DNA from: Myxococcales bacterium
Lineage (GTDB): Bacteria > Myxococcota_A > UBA9042
Reading direction: 5' to 3'
Length of the DNA: 64,000 bases
Assembly: GCA_037441385.1 (NCBI GenBank)
Contig: JBBISH010000003.1
Coordinates: forward strand, 47,192 to 111,191
Shown here piece after piece: positions 1 through 9,265 of the stretch. Under the pieces are notes generated by a model. That model was not told the origin of the DNA. It did not search any database and was given only the letters and a program-made list of their open reading frames with translations. Each line of letters starts with the position of its first letter. Position 1 is the stretch's first letter. The position numbers were made by a program, and so were the translations under genes.

Positions 1-242
1 TTGCCTTGCAGCGCCAGGTCATACTCACCGGGCGACACGGGCCGGTCGTAGAGTTCTGCGCCCAGGTCGGCCATCAGCTGGCGAGCCCGCTCGGTGGGAC
101 GGGCTTGCGCCATGAACCGCCAGGCGATCGCCGCGCCTGCCAGAGCAAGCACCGCCAGGGCCAGCCAAAGCGCACGGCGCGACTCGGGGCGTTGGCCAGC
201 CACGGCGGCGGTACGGGTTGGTTGTGCTGCAGGTTGCGCCAT
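1..242 (-). CDS. Hypothetical membrane protein, 5'-partial at window edge; ATG at 242 with GGAA about 8 nt upstream
   Basis: Manual minus-strand translation from 242 gives MAQPAAQPTRTAAVAGQRPESRRALWLALAVLALAGAAIAWRF... with one predicted TM helix. It runs off the window start and is not in the ORF track. Confidence 0.35.
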   Translation of the reverse strand, partial: MAQPAAQPTRTAAVAGQRPESRRALWLALAVLALAGAAIAWRFMAQARPTERARQLMADLGAELYDRPVSPGEYDLALQG

Positions 243-300
243 GTCGATTCCGCGCCAGGCCCTTCTGGCGTCGCCAGACTACATCAACCCGGCCAGTCCG

Positions 301-1563
301 TCACGATCCGGGGACGACCGCAGGCGTCGCCGCTTGGCTGAGCGTCACCGCTTGGCTGAGCATCACCGCGTCGGGCGGCGGGACCCACGCTTGACCAGCC
401 GGCGTGGCCAGCTCGGCCAAGCTCTTGCGGTACGCCGGCAGCAGCACCGGGGTGGCGAACACGACGCTGGCGTACTCGCGGCCCAGCGCGCTCACCAGCA
501 CGCCCGGCTGACGCTCGACCCAGCGGCCGGTCTGAGCGGACTTGCGGAGCGCGTCAAAATCCCCCGCGTCCATGGTAAAAAGTTGCGTCCGCTTGGCTAC
601 CACCAGCGCGCCCGAGAGCGGCAGGGGCCAGCAAGGCATCCGACCCGAGCGCAGCGCCCACGCCCCGTCGGCCAAGTCGCCGTCGCAGCTGCCGCTGGCC
701 AAGTGGAAGGTGCCGCGGCGCACGTCGCCGGGGTAACGGACCCGCAAATCGTCGAACTGAAACGACTCGGCGGGCACGGCGGGCAAGACGATCCCCTGCA
801 CGCTGTTCAAGTTGGCCAGTACGACGGCCAGGACCTGCAAGACCGCTCCCGCCCAAGCCAATCCGCGCAACCACCCCGGCGAAGCCCGCCTGCGACCGGC
901 GAGCCCAAGGGGCAGGAATTGCGGTCGCAGCACCACGCCCATCGTCAGGCCACCGACCGCACCGCCCAAATGCGCCACGCGATCCGTGTGTTGCCCGCCC
1001 ACGAGCAGCAGCGCCAGCAAGCACAGACCGGGCACGCCGATCATCAGCCAGCGCATCCGCGGACCCAACCGCGGCGCCAACTTGACACCCAGCGCCACCA
1101 GCGCCGCGACCAGGCCGTAGACGGACCCCGACGCGCCCACCGTCACTTGCAGCGGCGGGTTGCCCAGCATGGCGATGCCCGCGAACAGCCCAGAACCAAA
1201 CCAGATCAGCAGCAGCCGCGCCGGACCGTAGGCGGCTTCGATCGGCCGACCGACCACCCACAGCATCAGCGCGTTGACGCCCAGGTGCAGCACATCGGTA
1301 TGCGCCCAGGTGGGCGTGATCAGCCGCCACCAGTGCCCGCGGACGACGTAATAGGGAATGTGGCCCAAGGCCAGCAGCCACTGCGTGTCGGCGTTGTCGC
1401 CCAGCCAAAGGCCCGCACTGTCTTGCACGAACCAGCTGGCCAGGAGCGCCACGGTCAACCAGCCCACGCCCGGCCGGCGCATCCGCCACGCCAGCCCCAG
1501 CCAGCGCAGCCACGCCAGTTGCACCATGTCGCTGGGCAGTTGGGGCGGACTCGAACCGTCCAC
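301..1563 (-). CDS. Rhomboid-family intramembrane serine protease with C-terminal extension
   Basis: Multiple TM segments. It has the GASGSVYG catalytic Ser motif and a downstream AHLGGAVGG His motif typical of rhomboids (HLGVNALMLW region). Confidence 0.75.
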   Translation of the reverse strand: MDGSSPPQLPSDMVQLAWLRWLGLAWRMRRPGVGWLTVALLASWFVQDSAGLWLGDNADTQWLLALGHIPYYVVRGHWWRLITPTWAHTDVLHLGVNALMLWVVGRPIEAAYGPARLLLIWFGSGLFAGIAMLGNPPLQVTVGASGSVYGLVAALVALGVKLAPRLGPRMRWLMIGVPGLCLLALLLVGGQHTDRVAHLGGAVGGLTMGVVLRPQFLPLGLAGRRRASPGWLRGLAWAGAVLQVLAVVLANLNSVQGIVLPAVPAESFQFDDLRVRYPGDVRRGTFHLASGSCDGDLADGAWALRSGRMPCWPLPLSGALVVAKRTQLFTMDAGDFDALRKSAQTGRWVERQPGVLVSALGREYASVVFATPVLLPAYRKSLAELATPAGQAWVPPPDAVMLSQAVTLSQAATPAVVPGS

Positions 1564-1566
1564 GCG

Positions 1567-2196
1567 CTACTTGCCTCGCGGGAACAGCTTGCCAAAGGCG
1601 CCCAGCACTTCGCGGCGCGTCGCATAGACTTCGCGCATCCGCTCCAGCCGCTCGGCGATCTTGCCCATGCGCTGCTCAAAGGCCGGGCGAATCTCTGCTG
1701 GGATGTCCTGATCGTAGCCGGCGCCGCGGAGCCGCGCGCGAATCTCGGCCGCTTTGCTGTGGGCCGTGTCGATGGCACTGGCGTGCTCCTTCAGATATTT
1801 CTCCAGTTCCGGCAAGGCCTTATCGGGCGTCTTGGCGTTCTTCTCCAAGATGTCGATCCCGCCCTCGATGAGCGTGTTGTTGGTGTCGATCGAGGCCTGC
1901 ACCTCGGCCAGCATCTGGGCGTCCAACTTCAGATCGGGTTTGCCAAAGTACTGGGGCACGTTGCCGGCATCCGGGCCGGTGCAGCCAACGCAATTGGGAT
2001 CGGGCTTGTTGGTCGCGACAAAGCCGCTCGGCTCGGCGCCTGGTCCCACTTGCGTGGCGGTGGATCCGTGCGGCAAATCCGCGGCCTGGCTCGCAGTCGC
2101 GGCGCCAGCAGGTGCCGGTGTGGACTTGTTGCAGGCCGTCAGGCTGGCCATCAACGCCGCGGCAGTCACCAGACCAGCCAAAAGGGGTTGTCGCAT
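1567..2196 (-). CDS. Hypothetical lipoprotein
   Basis: Signal peptide with lipobox SLTAC; no recognisable catalytic motifs. Confidence 0.55.
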   Translation of the reverse strand: MRQPLLAGLVTAAALMASLTACNKSTPAPAGAATASQAADLPHGSTATQVGPGAEPSGFVATNKPDPNCVGCTGPDAGNVPQYFGKPDLKLDAQMLAEVQASIDTNNTLIEGGIDILEKNAKTPDKALPELEKYLKEHASAIDTAHSKAAEIRARLRGAGYDQDIPAEIRPAFEQRMGKIAERLERMREVYATRREVLGAFGKLFPRGK

Positions 2197-2226
2197 CAGT
2201 CCTCGCTTTGGGGGAGGGTTGGCCCG

Positions 2227-3156
2227 CTACAGGGCCTGCAGAAGTTTACGAACCCACTCGGCTTTGGCGTGGTCGGGGAACAGGGACAAGAACTGAGCGT
2301 AGACCTTGCGGGCCTGGGCCGACTTGCCGGTCGATTGGTAGAGCTGACCCAGCAGCAGCATGGCGTCGTCGTAGTTCCCCGCCGACTTCAGCGCTTTTTC
2401 CGCCGGTCCCATCTGGCCCGCGTCAAAGTAGGCGCGCCCCAACAGCGTCAACGTCCGCACCGAGTGCCGCAGCTGCTGCGAGGCCCGCAAGTCGTTGATC
2501 GCGCCGTTCAAGTCGCCTTGCTCCAGCTTGCGTTTGCCGCTGTAGTACAGGTCGGTCGCGTCGGCGCCTTCGGGCACGACCACACCGCCGTCGGCCTTGG
2601 CAGGCTCGGTTTTCGCGGGCTCGACTTTGGCGGGCTCGGCCTTGGCCGCCTTGCTGTCGCTCCTCTCGGCCTTCTCGGTTTTGTCCGATTTGTCAGCCTT
2701 TTCAGCTTTTTCTGCCTTGTCGACTTTCTCCGGTCGCTCGGCTTTGGCGACCACCGGTTCAGCGACCTTGGCCGGTTCAGCCCCTTTGGCTGGCTCTGCG
2801 GCTTTGACCGGCTCGGCGGCCGGCGGGTTCAGTGGCGCGGCCGGCCCTGCGTCGGGTGCAGCTGCGGGCGCGGCAGCCGGCTCGGCGGCCTGTACGACCG
2901 CGGGCGAGGCCGCCGCGGGCTGGGCGACAGGGGTCGCTTCGGCTGGAGCGTCGGCGGCGGTGGGCGAAGCCGCGGTGGGCAACAACTCTGGCTTGTCCAG
3001 CAACTGCTCGACGTGGTGCGCCAAGCGCGGCGGTTGCGGCCCCGGTTCGGCAGTGCAGGCCGCGAACAGGACGGCAACCAGCAGCGCCCCAGACAGCGGC
3101 AGCGACTGCGCGCGGAGGGGAATGGGGCAGGCAATTTGGCGGCGGCAAGCCATCAT
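2227..3156 (-). CDS. TPR-repeat lipoprotein with Ala/Glu/Lys/Pro-rich repeat region (PAKAE/KAEKAEKADK)
   Basis: Probable start MMACRR... with lipobox LFAAC. The C-terminal region is TPR-like (YFDAGQ..., LLLGQLYQSTGK...). Coding low-complexity repeats lie at about 2590-2760. Confidence 0.6.
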   Translation of the reverse strand: MMACRRQIACPIPLRAQSLPLSGALLVAVLFAACTAEPGPQPPRLAHHVEQLLDKPELLPTAASPTAADAPAEATPVAQPAAASPAVVQAAEPAAAPAAAPDAGPAAPLNPPAAEPVKAAEPAKGAEPAKVAEPVVAKAERPEKVDKAEKAEKADKSDKTEKAERSDSKAAKAEPAKVEPAKTEPAKADGGVVVPEGADATDLYYSGKRKLEQGDLNGAINDLRASQQLRHSVRTLTLLGRAYFDAGQMGPAEKALKSAGNYDDAMLLLGQLYQSTGKSAQARKVYAQFLSLFPDHAKAEWVRKLLQAL

Positions 3157-3235
3157 CGGCGATCTCGGTCCTTCGCGGGCCCGTTGGAGCGCAGGGCACC
3201 CGCACGGCCCGATTCGGGCAGCAGGCACGAGCAGG

Positions 3236-4246
3236 TTAGCCCCCGTGCTGGCTCTGGTCAAACGTTTGCCCAATTGCCTGCCAATGCGGTAAAGGCAATT
3301 GCCCGGTCAAATCAAGCCACAGCAAGCTACCTGCCGGATGGGCGGGCAGAGCGCGCAGCTGCAGAAACTGGGGATGGAGACGCGCGGCCAGGGCCTGAGG
3401 ATCTGCGGCCAAGCAGCGCACCGCCGCTCGCAGACCAAAATGACTTGGGGCCACGGCTCCAGGCCAGTTAGAAGCTGCGCCAAGGAATTGGCTAGCCAAC
3501 TCAGCAACTTCACTACGCCGAACCTCGGGCCAGCGCGGCTGCGCAACCAGCCCCTGCAACACGGCCAGGGCGTGCAACTGGGCGCGCTCGCTGAAATGTC
3601 CGCGGCCGTGCAGCGACTCCAGCTCGCTTCCCCAACCCGTGCGCGTGGCCACACCGTACAGCACGGGCTCGCCGGGAGCGTCGGGATCGCGCAGCGCCAG
3701 CACGCACGCGTCGGCGTCTGGCAGTTCCGTGTCCCAGGCCGCCGCAGTACAGTCGGCAATGCGGGCTCGCGCTGGCCGAGCGGCCGAGCCAGCCAGATCG
3801 TCGGCACACGTCAACGCCGGAACTTCGCCCCAGAAAACGGCCTCTGGATGCGCTTGCAGGGCCAGGACCAGACCGGCGGCGTCGGGCAAACCTTGTTCGG
3901 TGCGGCCCACGTCCAAATAGCGTGCGCCTGCCGCCAACGTGGTCAGCGCGACCTGGCCCGCCACCGGCTCGGCCCGCAAGACCACGTCGCCGGGCTGAAG
4001 GAGCCGACCCAGCGCCAAATCCACGGCCTCGCGGTCGCTGGCACAGACGAGCAGGTCGTCGGGTTTCAGCGGCGCGCCGGCCTGCCGCAAGAGCGTCGCC
4101 CATTGCCGCCGAATTTCGCCCAGGTAGTCCCGCTCGGCCAACTCGCGATCCGAAACAGGCCGGTGGTCGCGCCGGGCGGCCGCCAGGTACTTGCGCACCG
4201 GGAAACGCCTTGGGTCGAGCCACGGCGACGCGCTGGTCGGGGTCAC
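3236..4246 (-). CDS. Class I/II aminotransferase-fold protein, possibly a non-catalytic paralogue
   Basis: The GTG start overlaps the upstream stop (GTGA). The N-terminal half matches aminotransferase fold segments (LLVCASDREAVDLALGRLLQPGDVVLRAEP). No SxSK-type Lys motif was recognised. Confidence 0.4.
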   Translation of the reverse strand: MTPTSASPWLDPRRFPVRKYLAAARRDHRPVSDRELAERDYLGEIRRQWATLLRQAGAPLKPDDLLVCASDREAVDLALGRLLQPGDVVLRAEPVAGQVALTTLAAGARYLDVGRTEQGLPDAAGLVLALQAHPEAVFWGEVPALTCADDLAGSAARPARARIADCTAAAWDTELPDADACVLALRDPDAPGEPVLYGVATRTGWGSELESLHGRGHFSERAQLHALAVLQGLVAQPRWPEVRRSEVAELASQFLGAASNWPGAVAPSHFGLRAAVRCLAADPQALAARLHPQFLQLRALPAHPAGSLLWLDLTGQLPLPHWQAIGQTFDQSQHGG

Positions 4247-5913
4247 GCGGCCCTCGCTTCGCTGCGGCGACGCCAGAGCACGATCGCGCCGATGGTCAGT
4301 GCCAGACCGATAGCCAGCCAGCGGGCCGAGGCGTGGCCCTGGCTGTCGAACCCAGGCCGATCCCAATCCGGCGGACGCTCGCCGCGATCCAAGAACTCCA
4401 ACTCCTTGCGGACCCGCTCGGTCTTGTCGGCAAAGGCGATCGCGCCGGGCGCTTCGGCGAGCTCGATGTAGCGGCGCAAATCGCGGGCGGCGGCCCTGGC
4501 GTCTTGATCCTGAAAGACTTTGCTGCGCACGTAGTACACATCCGGGTCCAGGGGCCCGATCTCCACCGCCTTGCGCGCGTACTTCTCGGCCTCGGCCTGC
4601 TGGCCGCTCCAGTAGTTGCCCATGGCCAAATAGATCGGCACGCGGGCTTCGTGCGGCAGCCGGGTTTCCAGCGCGTGGAACAACTCGATGGCGTGGGCAA
4701 AGTCGGCATCATAGAACACTTTGACTGCATACAGAAATTGCGCAACCACGTCGCCGGGGTCGCGGGCGCGTTCGGTCAACTTCGCGGCCAGCCGGTGCCA
4801 CGCTTGTTCGATGTCTGGCCGGCCCTTTGTGCCATGCATTCGATTGAAAACACCCGACAAGTGCGCCAGCACGGACGGTCGGTCCGGCGCCGCGTGGTAC
4901 AGCTCTTCGTACGTCGCCACCGCCTCTTCGAACTGCTGGGCGCGGAAGCAAGCGGTCGCCCACAGCGCCAATGAGTCGGGATCGTTGCGGAAACGCGCAC
5001 GCGCCACCTTGGCCCAGCGCATCTCGGCGGCGGCATCGCCCATCCGCCCGGCCAGCGCTGCACGCTGCAGCAAATCTGCCAGCGAAGCACTTTGACCGTC
5101 GCCGAGTTGCTGGTCCATCAGTGCGGCCGCCGCCGGCCACTGGCCCACCGCGTTGTACCAGTCCAGCTCGCGGTACACCTCGCAAACGTGGGGCTTGGCA
5201 GCCCGTTTGCGGCACTCGGCGCGCGCAAGGTCGGCCTCGGCTGCGCGGCCCAGCGACGCCAGCGCGGCGGCCCGCAGGGGCAGCACCTCGGCCGACACGC
5301 GAGCCACATCCTGGGTCGCCTGCACCACTGCGCCCTGGTACGAACCGGCCAAGTCGCGCTCGCCCAACTGCGCCAGCAGAACGGCCAGTCCCCACGCGAG
5401 CGTCGGCTCGGCAGCGGTGGGGGGCCACTGCTTGGCAAGCGCCAGCGCAGCCTGTTTGGCGCCAGCCGGATCGCGCAACGCCTGCTCGCGGGCGATCAGG
5501 CCCAGCTGCTGCAGGGGCTCGACGGTCGGGGCCTTGCCGGTCGCCTCCACCTGCGTCCAGGCAAACTGCCCGTCCAGTCCGCGCAGCCGCTCGATCAGCG
5601 CCGTGCGCAAGGGCCCTTGCGGCCCTTCAACATGGAACTGCTTGGTGTCGTCGGCCGTTGGGCTGGCGTCGGCCGAGGGGCGGGTCACGTCGAATTGCTG
5701 GGAATCGGCGTCGGCTTTCTGCAAGACCACCTGGATGCGGTCTTGGCGCACCACCACCGACTGCGGCCGATAGCCGTCGCCCAGCGGCGGAGCCTGCGGG
5801 TCGGTCAACGCCCGCGCCAACAGCGGCTGCATTTGCGGGCTCACCACCCACAGCGCCCATGCAGACGGAACCTGGACCAACCACAACGCAATGACGATGA
5901 GACTGCGAACCAT
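4243..5913 (-). CDS. TPR-repeat protein with N-terminal signal/anchor
   Basis: Start MVRSLIVIALWLVQVPSAWA (cat verified at 5911-5913); many TPR-like helical repeats. Confidence 0.65.
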   Translation of the reverse strand: MVRSLIVIALWLVQVPSAWALWVVSPQMQPLLARALTDPQAPPLGDGYRPQSVVVRQDRIQVVLQKADADSQQFDVTRPSADASPTADDTKQFHVEGPQGPLRTALIERLRGLDGQFAWTQVEATGKAPTVEPLQQLGLIAREQALRDPAGAKQAALALAKQWPPTAAEPTLAWGLAVLLAQLGERDLAGSYQGAVVQATQDVARVSAEVLPLRAAALASLGRAAEADLARAECRKRAAKPHVCEVYRELDWYNAVGQWPAAAALMDQQLGDGQSASLADLLQRAALAGRMGDAAAEMRWAKVARARFRNDPDSLALWATACFRAQQFEEAVATYEELYHAAPDRPSVLAHLSGVFNRMHGTKGRPDIEQAWHRLAAKLTERARDPGDVVAQFLYAVKVFYDADFAHAIELFHALETRLPHEARVPIYLAMGNYWSGQQAEAEKYARKAVEIGPLDPDVYYVRSKVFQDQDARAAARDLRRYIELAEAPGAIAFADKTERVRKELEFLDRGERPPDWDRPGFDSQGHASARWLAIGLALTIGAIVLWRRRSEARAA

Positions 5914-6171
5914 GGCCGCAGTATAGGCACAGGCGCAGGCCGGCGGCCACCCACACTGCAGCAATCCTGTACTTTCAGGACGTTTCTGTGCCCACGCGGT
6001 CGCGTATTGCCGTCGCGCCCCCATGTCGCTACCCTGCCGCTACCCTGCCGCTACCCCGGCGCGGCGCTCGTCGCCCGCTGATCCAGCTCAGGGCACTGAC
6101 CCCGATCTCGGATACTGATCCCGGTCTCGGGTAATGAACAAGGTCTTGAGCGATGACCCAGAGGACGCACC

Positions 6172-7983
6172 ATGGCCCAACGCATTGACTTTGCTGCCTT
6201 CCCTGGCGTACGCGAAGAGAGCATGCTGGCGACGATGAACAAGGTCTACGGCCACATCCGCCGTAACCAGATGACCTCGCGCGAGTTCCGCGACTGGCTC
6301 AAAGACGAGAACCTGTGGAACAAAGACGAGGCGCCAGCGCTGTTCAGCTTTGTGGACGTGCTGCAAGACGGCGTGGTGCGCCTGGGGCCGTGGGCCGAGC
6401 GGTTCTTTGCCGCCGACACCGAGGAGGCGATGCGCGACCAGGTGTACCGGCGCCTGATCGACGAAAACACCTTGCTGGTCAAGTACACGCTGGAAGCGCT
6501 GGACGCCGAAGGGGGCGGGCGCCTGCATTCGACCCACGAGTTGCACCGGCTGATGACCAGCTATGTGTATCCGGGCAAGCCGATCACGCTGGAACCCTTC
6601 AAGACCTTTATCAAATGGCTGGTGGTGTCGGGGCGGATGAAGCTCATTGGCATCCGTTGGGGCCTGACCGACGCCGGCAAACAGGCCGTGCCGCGCCTGC
6701 GCACCATCGATGTGGATGAATTCTTGGAAGACGAGAAAAACGCCGAAGCCGCGCCCGCTGCGCCGGCCCCGGTGCCCGTCGTCGCCGCACCGCCGCCGCG
6801 TCCGGCCCCGCCCGCGTCCGAGAAGTTGGCGGCGCCCGTGCCAGCCAAAGCGGCGCCGGCCAAGGCCGCAACCAAAGGCGACGACGAGGAATTCGAAGAA
6901 GACCTGGACATGCCGCCCGAGGCCGAGCCGGTCGACGAGGCGGCCTTTGCCAAGTACGCCGCGCAATTCGAAGCGCCCATCGACGAGCCCGCCAAGGCGC
7001 CCGCCAAGGCGCCGGCCAAGGTCAAGACAGAGACAAAGAACGCCCCTGCTCCTGCCCCAGCGCCGCTGGCGGTGCCAGAACTGCAGCCGCTGCCCCAGGT
7101 TGCGCAGACACCCAGCGTGGCGACCGCCCAACCGCTCCACACCGAGACGACCCCGCCGCAGGTGCTGGTCCGCTTTGCCCGGGTCGAGGCGGCCTGCCAG
7201 CGCGCCCCGCTCGATCCGGCCGCGGTGGTGCAGGCCCTGCGCGATCACGGCCGCACGGCCGGCCTGGGCGGTGGGTCGCTGCTGTTGGCCCATGGTCTAG
7301 AAAGTCGCATGGCGCAAAACGAACCGGCGCGACACCTGTTCTTGGCGGCCCTGCTGGCCCGCTGCTACGCGGTGACCGGCGATGCCACTTTGGCCGATGA
7401 ACTGCTGGAGCGCACTGGCGGCACACTGACGCCGCTGGCGCTGCTGCTCGACCGGCCCGAGGCGCTGGTCGATGGTCTGGTGCGTTGGAATCTGGCCGGA
7501 TCCGCGCCGGCGGTAGCGCAGCTACGGGCGGTGCTGACGGACGCGGCCATTGGCGGCCGGGCCCTGAAGGCGCAAGCGGACTTGCCGCAGCAGCTGACCG
7601 AGGCTCCGTCGGCCGAGGTGCTGGTGGGCACTCTGGGCCAGACCGTGCTGCGCGGTGCCCAATCGGTCGCTTGCTTCTGGCTGGTGCGCGAGATGGTGCG
7701 CGCGGGCCTGTGGACCCGGCCCAGCCACAGCGAAATCGCGTTCGTGCCGTGGCGCTGCGTGCGGCTGATGGCCTATCGGCTGCGGCTGATCGATAGCCAC
7801 TTTGCTTTGGGCGTCCCACAGTTGCTGGCCGTCGCCAAACGGCTGGCGGTGCTGTTCCCGCCGAGTTCAGTCGAAGCGGCAGCGCTAGAGGCCCTGGCTC
7901 CGGCCGATCACCTGCGGTTTGACTGCAATGGGGTCGTGGCGTGCCAGCAGCCCTGCGCGGTCCACCCGCAGCAAGCCGGGTAG
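6172..7983 (+). CDS. Hypothetical protein with two globular regions separated by an Ala/Pro/Lys/Glu-rich linker
   Basis: ORF of 603 aa. No recognisable motif in either region; the linker is low complexity (APAAPAPVPVVAAPPPRPAPPASEKLAAPVPAKAAPAKAATKG...). Confidence 0.55.
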   Translation: MAQRIDFAAFPGVREESMLATMNKVYGHIRRNQMTSREFRDWLKDENLWNKDEAPALFSFVDVLQDGVVRLGPWAERFFAADTEEAMRDQVYRRLIDENTLLVKYTLEALDAEGGGRLHSTHELHRLMTSYVYPGKPITLEPFKTFIKWLVVSGRMKLIGIRWGLTDAGKQAVPRLRTIDVDEFLEDEKNAEAAPAAPAPVPVVAAPPPRPAPPASEKLAAPVPAKAAPAKAATKGDDEEFEEDLDMPPEAEPVDEAAFAKYAAQFEAPIDEPAKAPAKAPAKVKTETKNAPAPAPAPLAVPELQPLPQVAQTPSVATAQPLHTETTPPQVLVRFARVEAACQRAPLDPAAVVQALRDHGRTAGLGGGSLLLAHGLESRMAQNEPARHLFLAALLARCYAVTGDATLADELLERTGGTLTPLALLLDRPEALVDGLVRWNLAGSAPAVAQLRAVLTDAAIGGRALKAQADLPQQLTEAPSAEVLVGTLGQTVLRGAQSVACFWLVREMVRAGLWTRPSHSEIAFVPWRCVRLMAYRLRLIDSHFALGVPQLLAVAKRLAVLFPPSSVEAAALEALAPADHLRFDCNGVVACQQPCAVHPQQAG

Positions 7984-8131
7984 CCTCGGGATCGGCCTCG
8001 CCAACCGCCCGCATCCCCAGCGAGTCCTTCGCTCTGGGCCAGTTCGAACGCGATCGGCTTGTATCTGGTGAAGCCCTAACGCAGAATATTGCGCCTGCCG
8101 GCGACCGCCGCGGACGATGACTGCGGGCTCC

Positions 8132-8147
8132 TGGCCAAGTTTCTGCT
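8132..8147 (+). promoter_or_regulatory. Candidate sigma54 (-24/-12) promoter TGGCCAagtttCTGCT upstream of the PPIase gene
   Basis: GG and GC are spaced as in TGGCAC-N5-TTGCA, 35 nt before the ATG at 8182. It sits inside a spurious in-frame N-terminal ORF extension. Confidence 0.25.
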
Positions 8148-8181
8148 TCCCCTTTTGCATAGTTACCCACTATTTCGAGGA

Positions 8182-9246
8182 AAAATGCGTCACCTTTCGA
8201 TGTCGTTGACGGTCGCCCTGGCCGCGTTGGCGCTGGCTCCGGCCTGCAAGAAAGAGCAACCCGCCGAGGCGCCCAAGACCGAAGCCCCCAAGGCCGAAGA
8301 GCCCAAGCCGGCGGATCTGCCCAAGCCCGCCAGCCCGGCCGCCATGCCTGGTGCCGCGGGCGCGGCCGCGATGCCCGGCGCCGTCAGCGCCACTTCGGCG
8401 ATGGAAGGCCCCTGCCCGCTGCCCGGCGAGGACCCGGCTTCGTGCCCGGCCAAGCCTGCCACCGTCGACGACGACATCAAGATCGCCCATGTGCTGATCG
8501 GTTGGGACGGCTCGCTGCCCGGCAAGAAGGCCGGCCGCGACGAAGCCGGCGCCCAAAAGCTCGCCCAGGAAGTGGCCCACAAGGCCCGCACGCAAGGTGC
8601 GGACTTCGTCAAGCTGATCTGGGAATTCAGCCAGGATCCTGGCCCAGGCATCTACGAGGTGACCCCGCCGATGCGCCGCCGCTTTGTGCCCGAGTTCACC
8701 GCCATGGCGCTGTCTTTGGGCGTCAATCAGGTCGACATCGCCAAGACCCGCTTTGGCTTCCACGTGATGAAGCGGATGCCCTTCGACTTCGTCGCGCCCG
8801 AGAAGCCACTGGTCGCGGTGATGAAGGACCCCTGCCCGGCCGAGGGTGAGGATCAGGCCGCCTGCCCCAGCAAGCAGGATCCCAAGCCGACCGAAGTCGA
8901 GGTCACCCACATCCTGATCGCCTACCAGGGCGCGATGCGCTCGACCGCCACCCGCACCAAGGAAGAGGCGGAAAAGCTGGCGATCCAGCTGTGTCACGAC
9001 GCGCGCAAGAAGGGCGCCGACTTCGCCAAGATCAAGGAAGCCGCCAAGTCGGACGATCCCGGCCCGGGCACCTACCCGGTCAGCAAGGACTCGCCGATGG
9101 TGGCGCCGTTCAAGCAACTGGCGCTGTCGCTGGGCGTGGGCCAGGTCGACGTGGTCGAGAGCGACTTTGGCTACCATGTCATGAAGCGCGGCGCGGCGGC
9201 CCCCGCTGCCGGCGGCGCGGACCTTGAGGCCAAGCCAAAGAAATAG
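8182..9246 (+). CDS. Parvulin-type peptidyl-prolyl cis-trans isomerase lipoprotein, two PpiC domains
   Basis: Start MRHLSMSLTVALAALALAPAC (lipobox) with GAGGA RBS. Two rotamase-domain repeats (…HVLIGWDG…FGFHVMKR… and …HILIAYQG…FGYHVMKR…). Confidence 0.8.
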   Translation, partial: KMRHLSMSLTVALAALALAPACKKEQPAEAPKTEAPKAEEPKPADLPKPASPAAMPGAAGAAAMPGAVSATSAMEGPCPLPGEDPASCPAKPATVDDDIKIAHVLIGWDGSLPGKKAGRDEAGAQKLAQEVAHKARTQGADFVKLIWEFSQDPGPGIYEVTPPMRRRFVPEFTAMALSLGVNQVDIAKTRFGFHVMKRMPFDFVAPEKPLVAVMKDPCPAEGEDQAACPSKQDPKPTEVEVTHILIAYQGAMRSTATRTKEEAEKLAIQLCHDARKKGADFAKIKEAAKSDDPGPGTYPVSKDSPMVAPFKQLALSLGVGQVDVVESDFGYHVMKRGAAAPAAGGADLEAKPKK

Positions 9247-9265
9247 TCCGACCAAGGAGCGCGTC

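Noticed and set aside
94-3471. 1125-aa + strand ORF spanning the first 3.4 kb
   Set aside because: It is Arg/Ala/Gly/Pro-rich junk typical of an off-frame reading of GC-rich DNA. It lies antisense to several minus-strand genes with clear motifs (rhomboid, lipoprotein, TPR).
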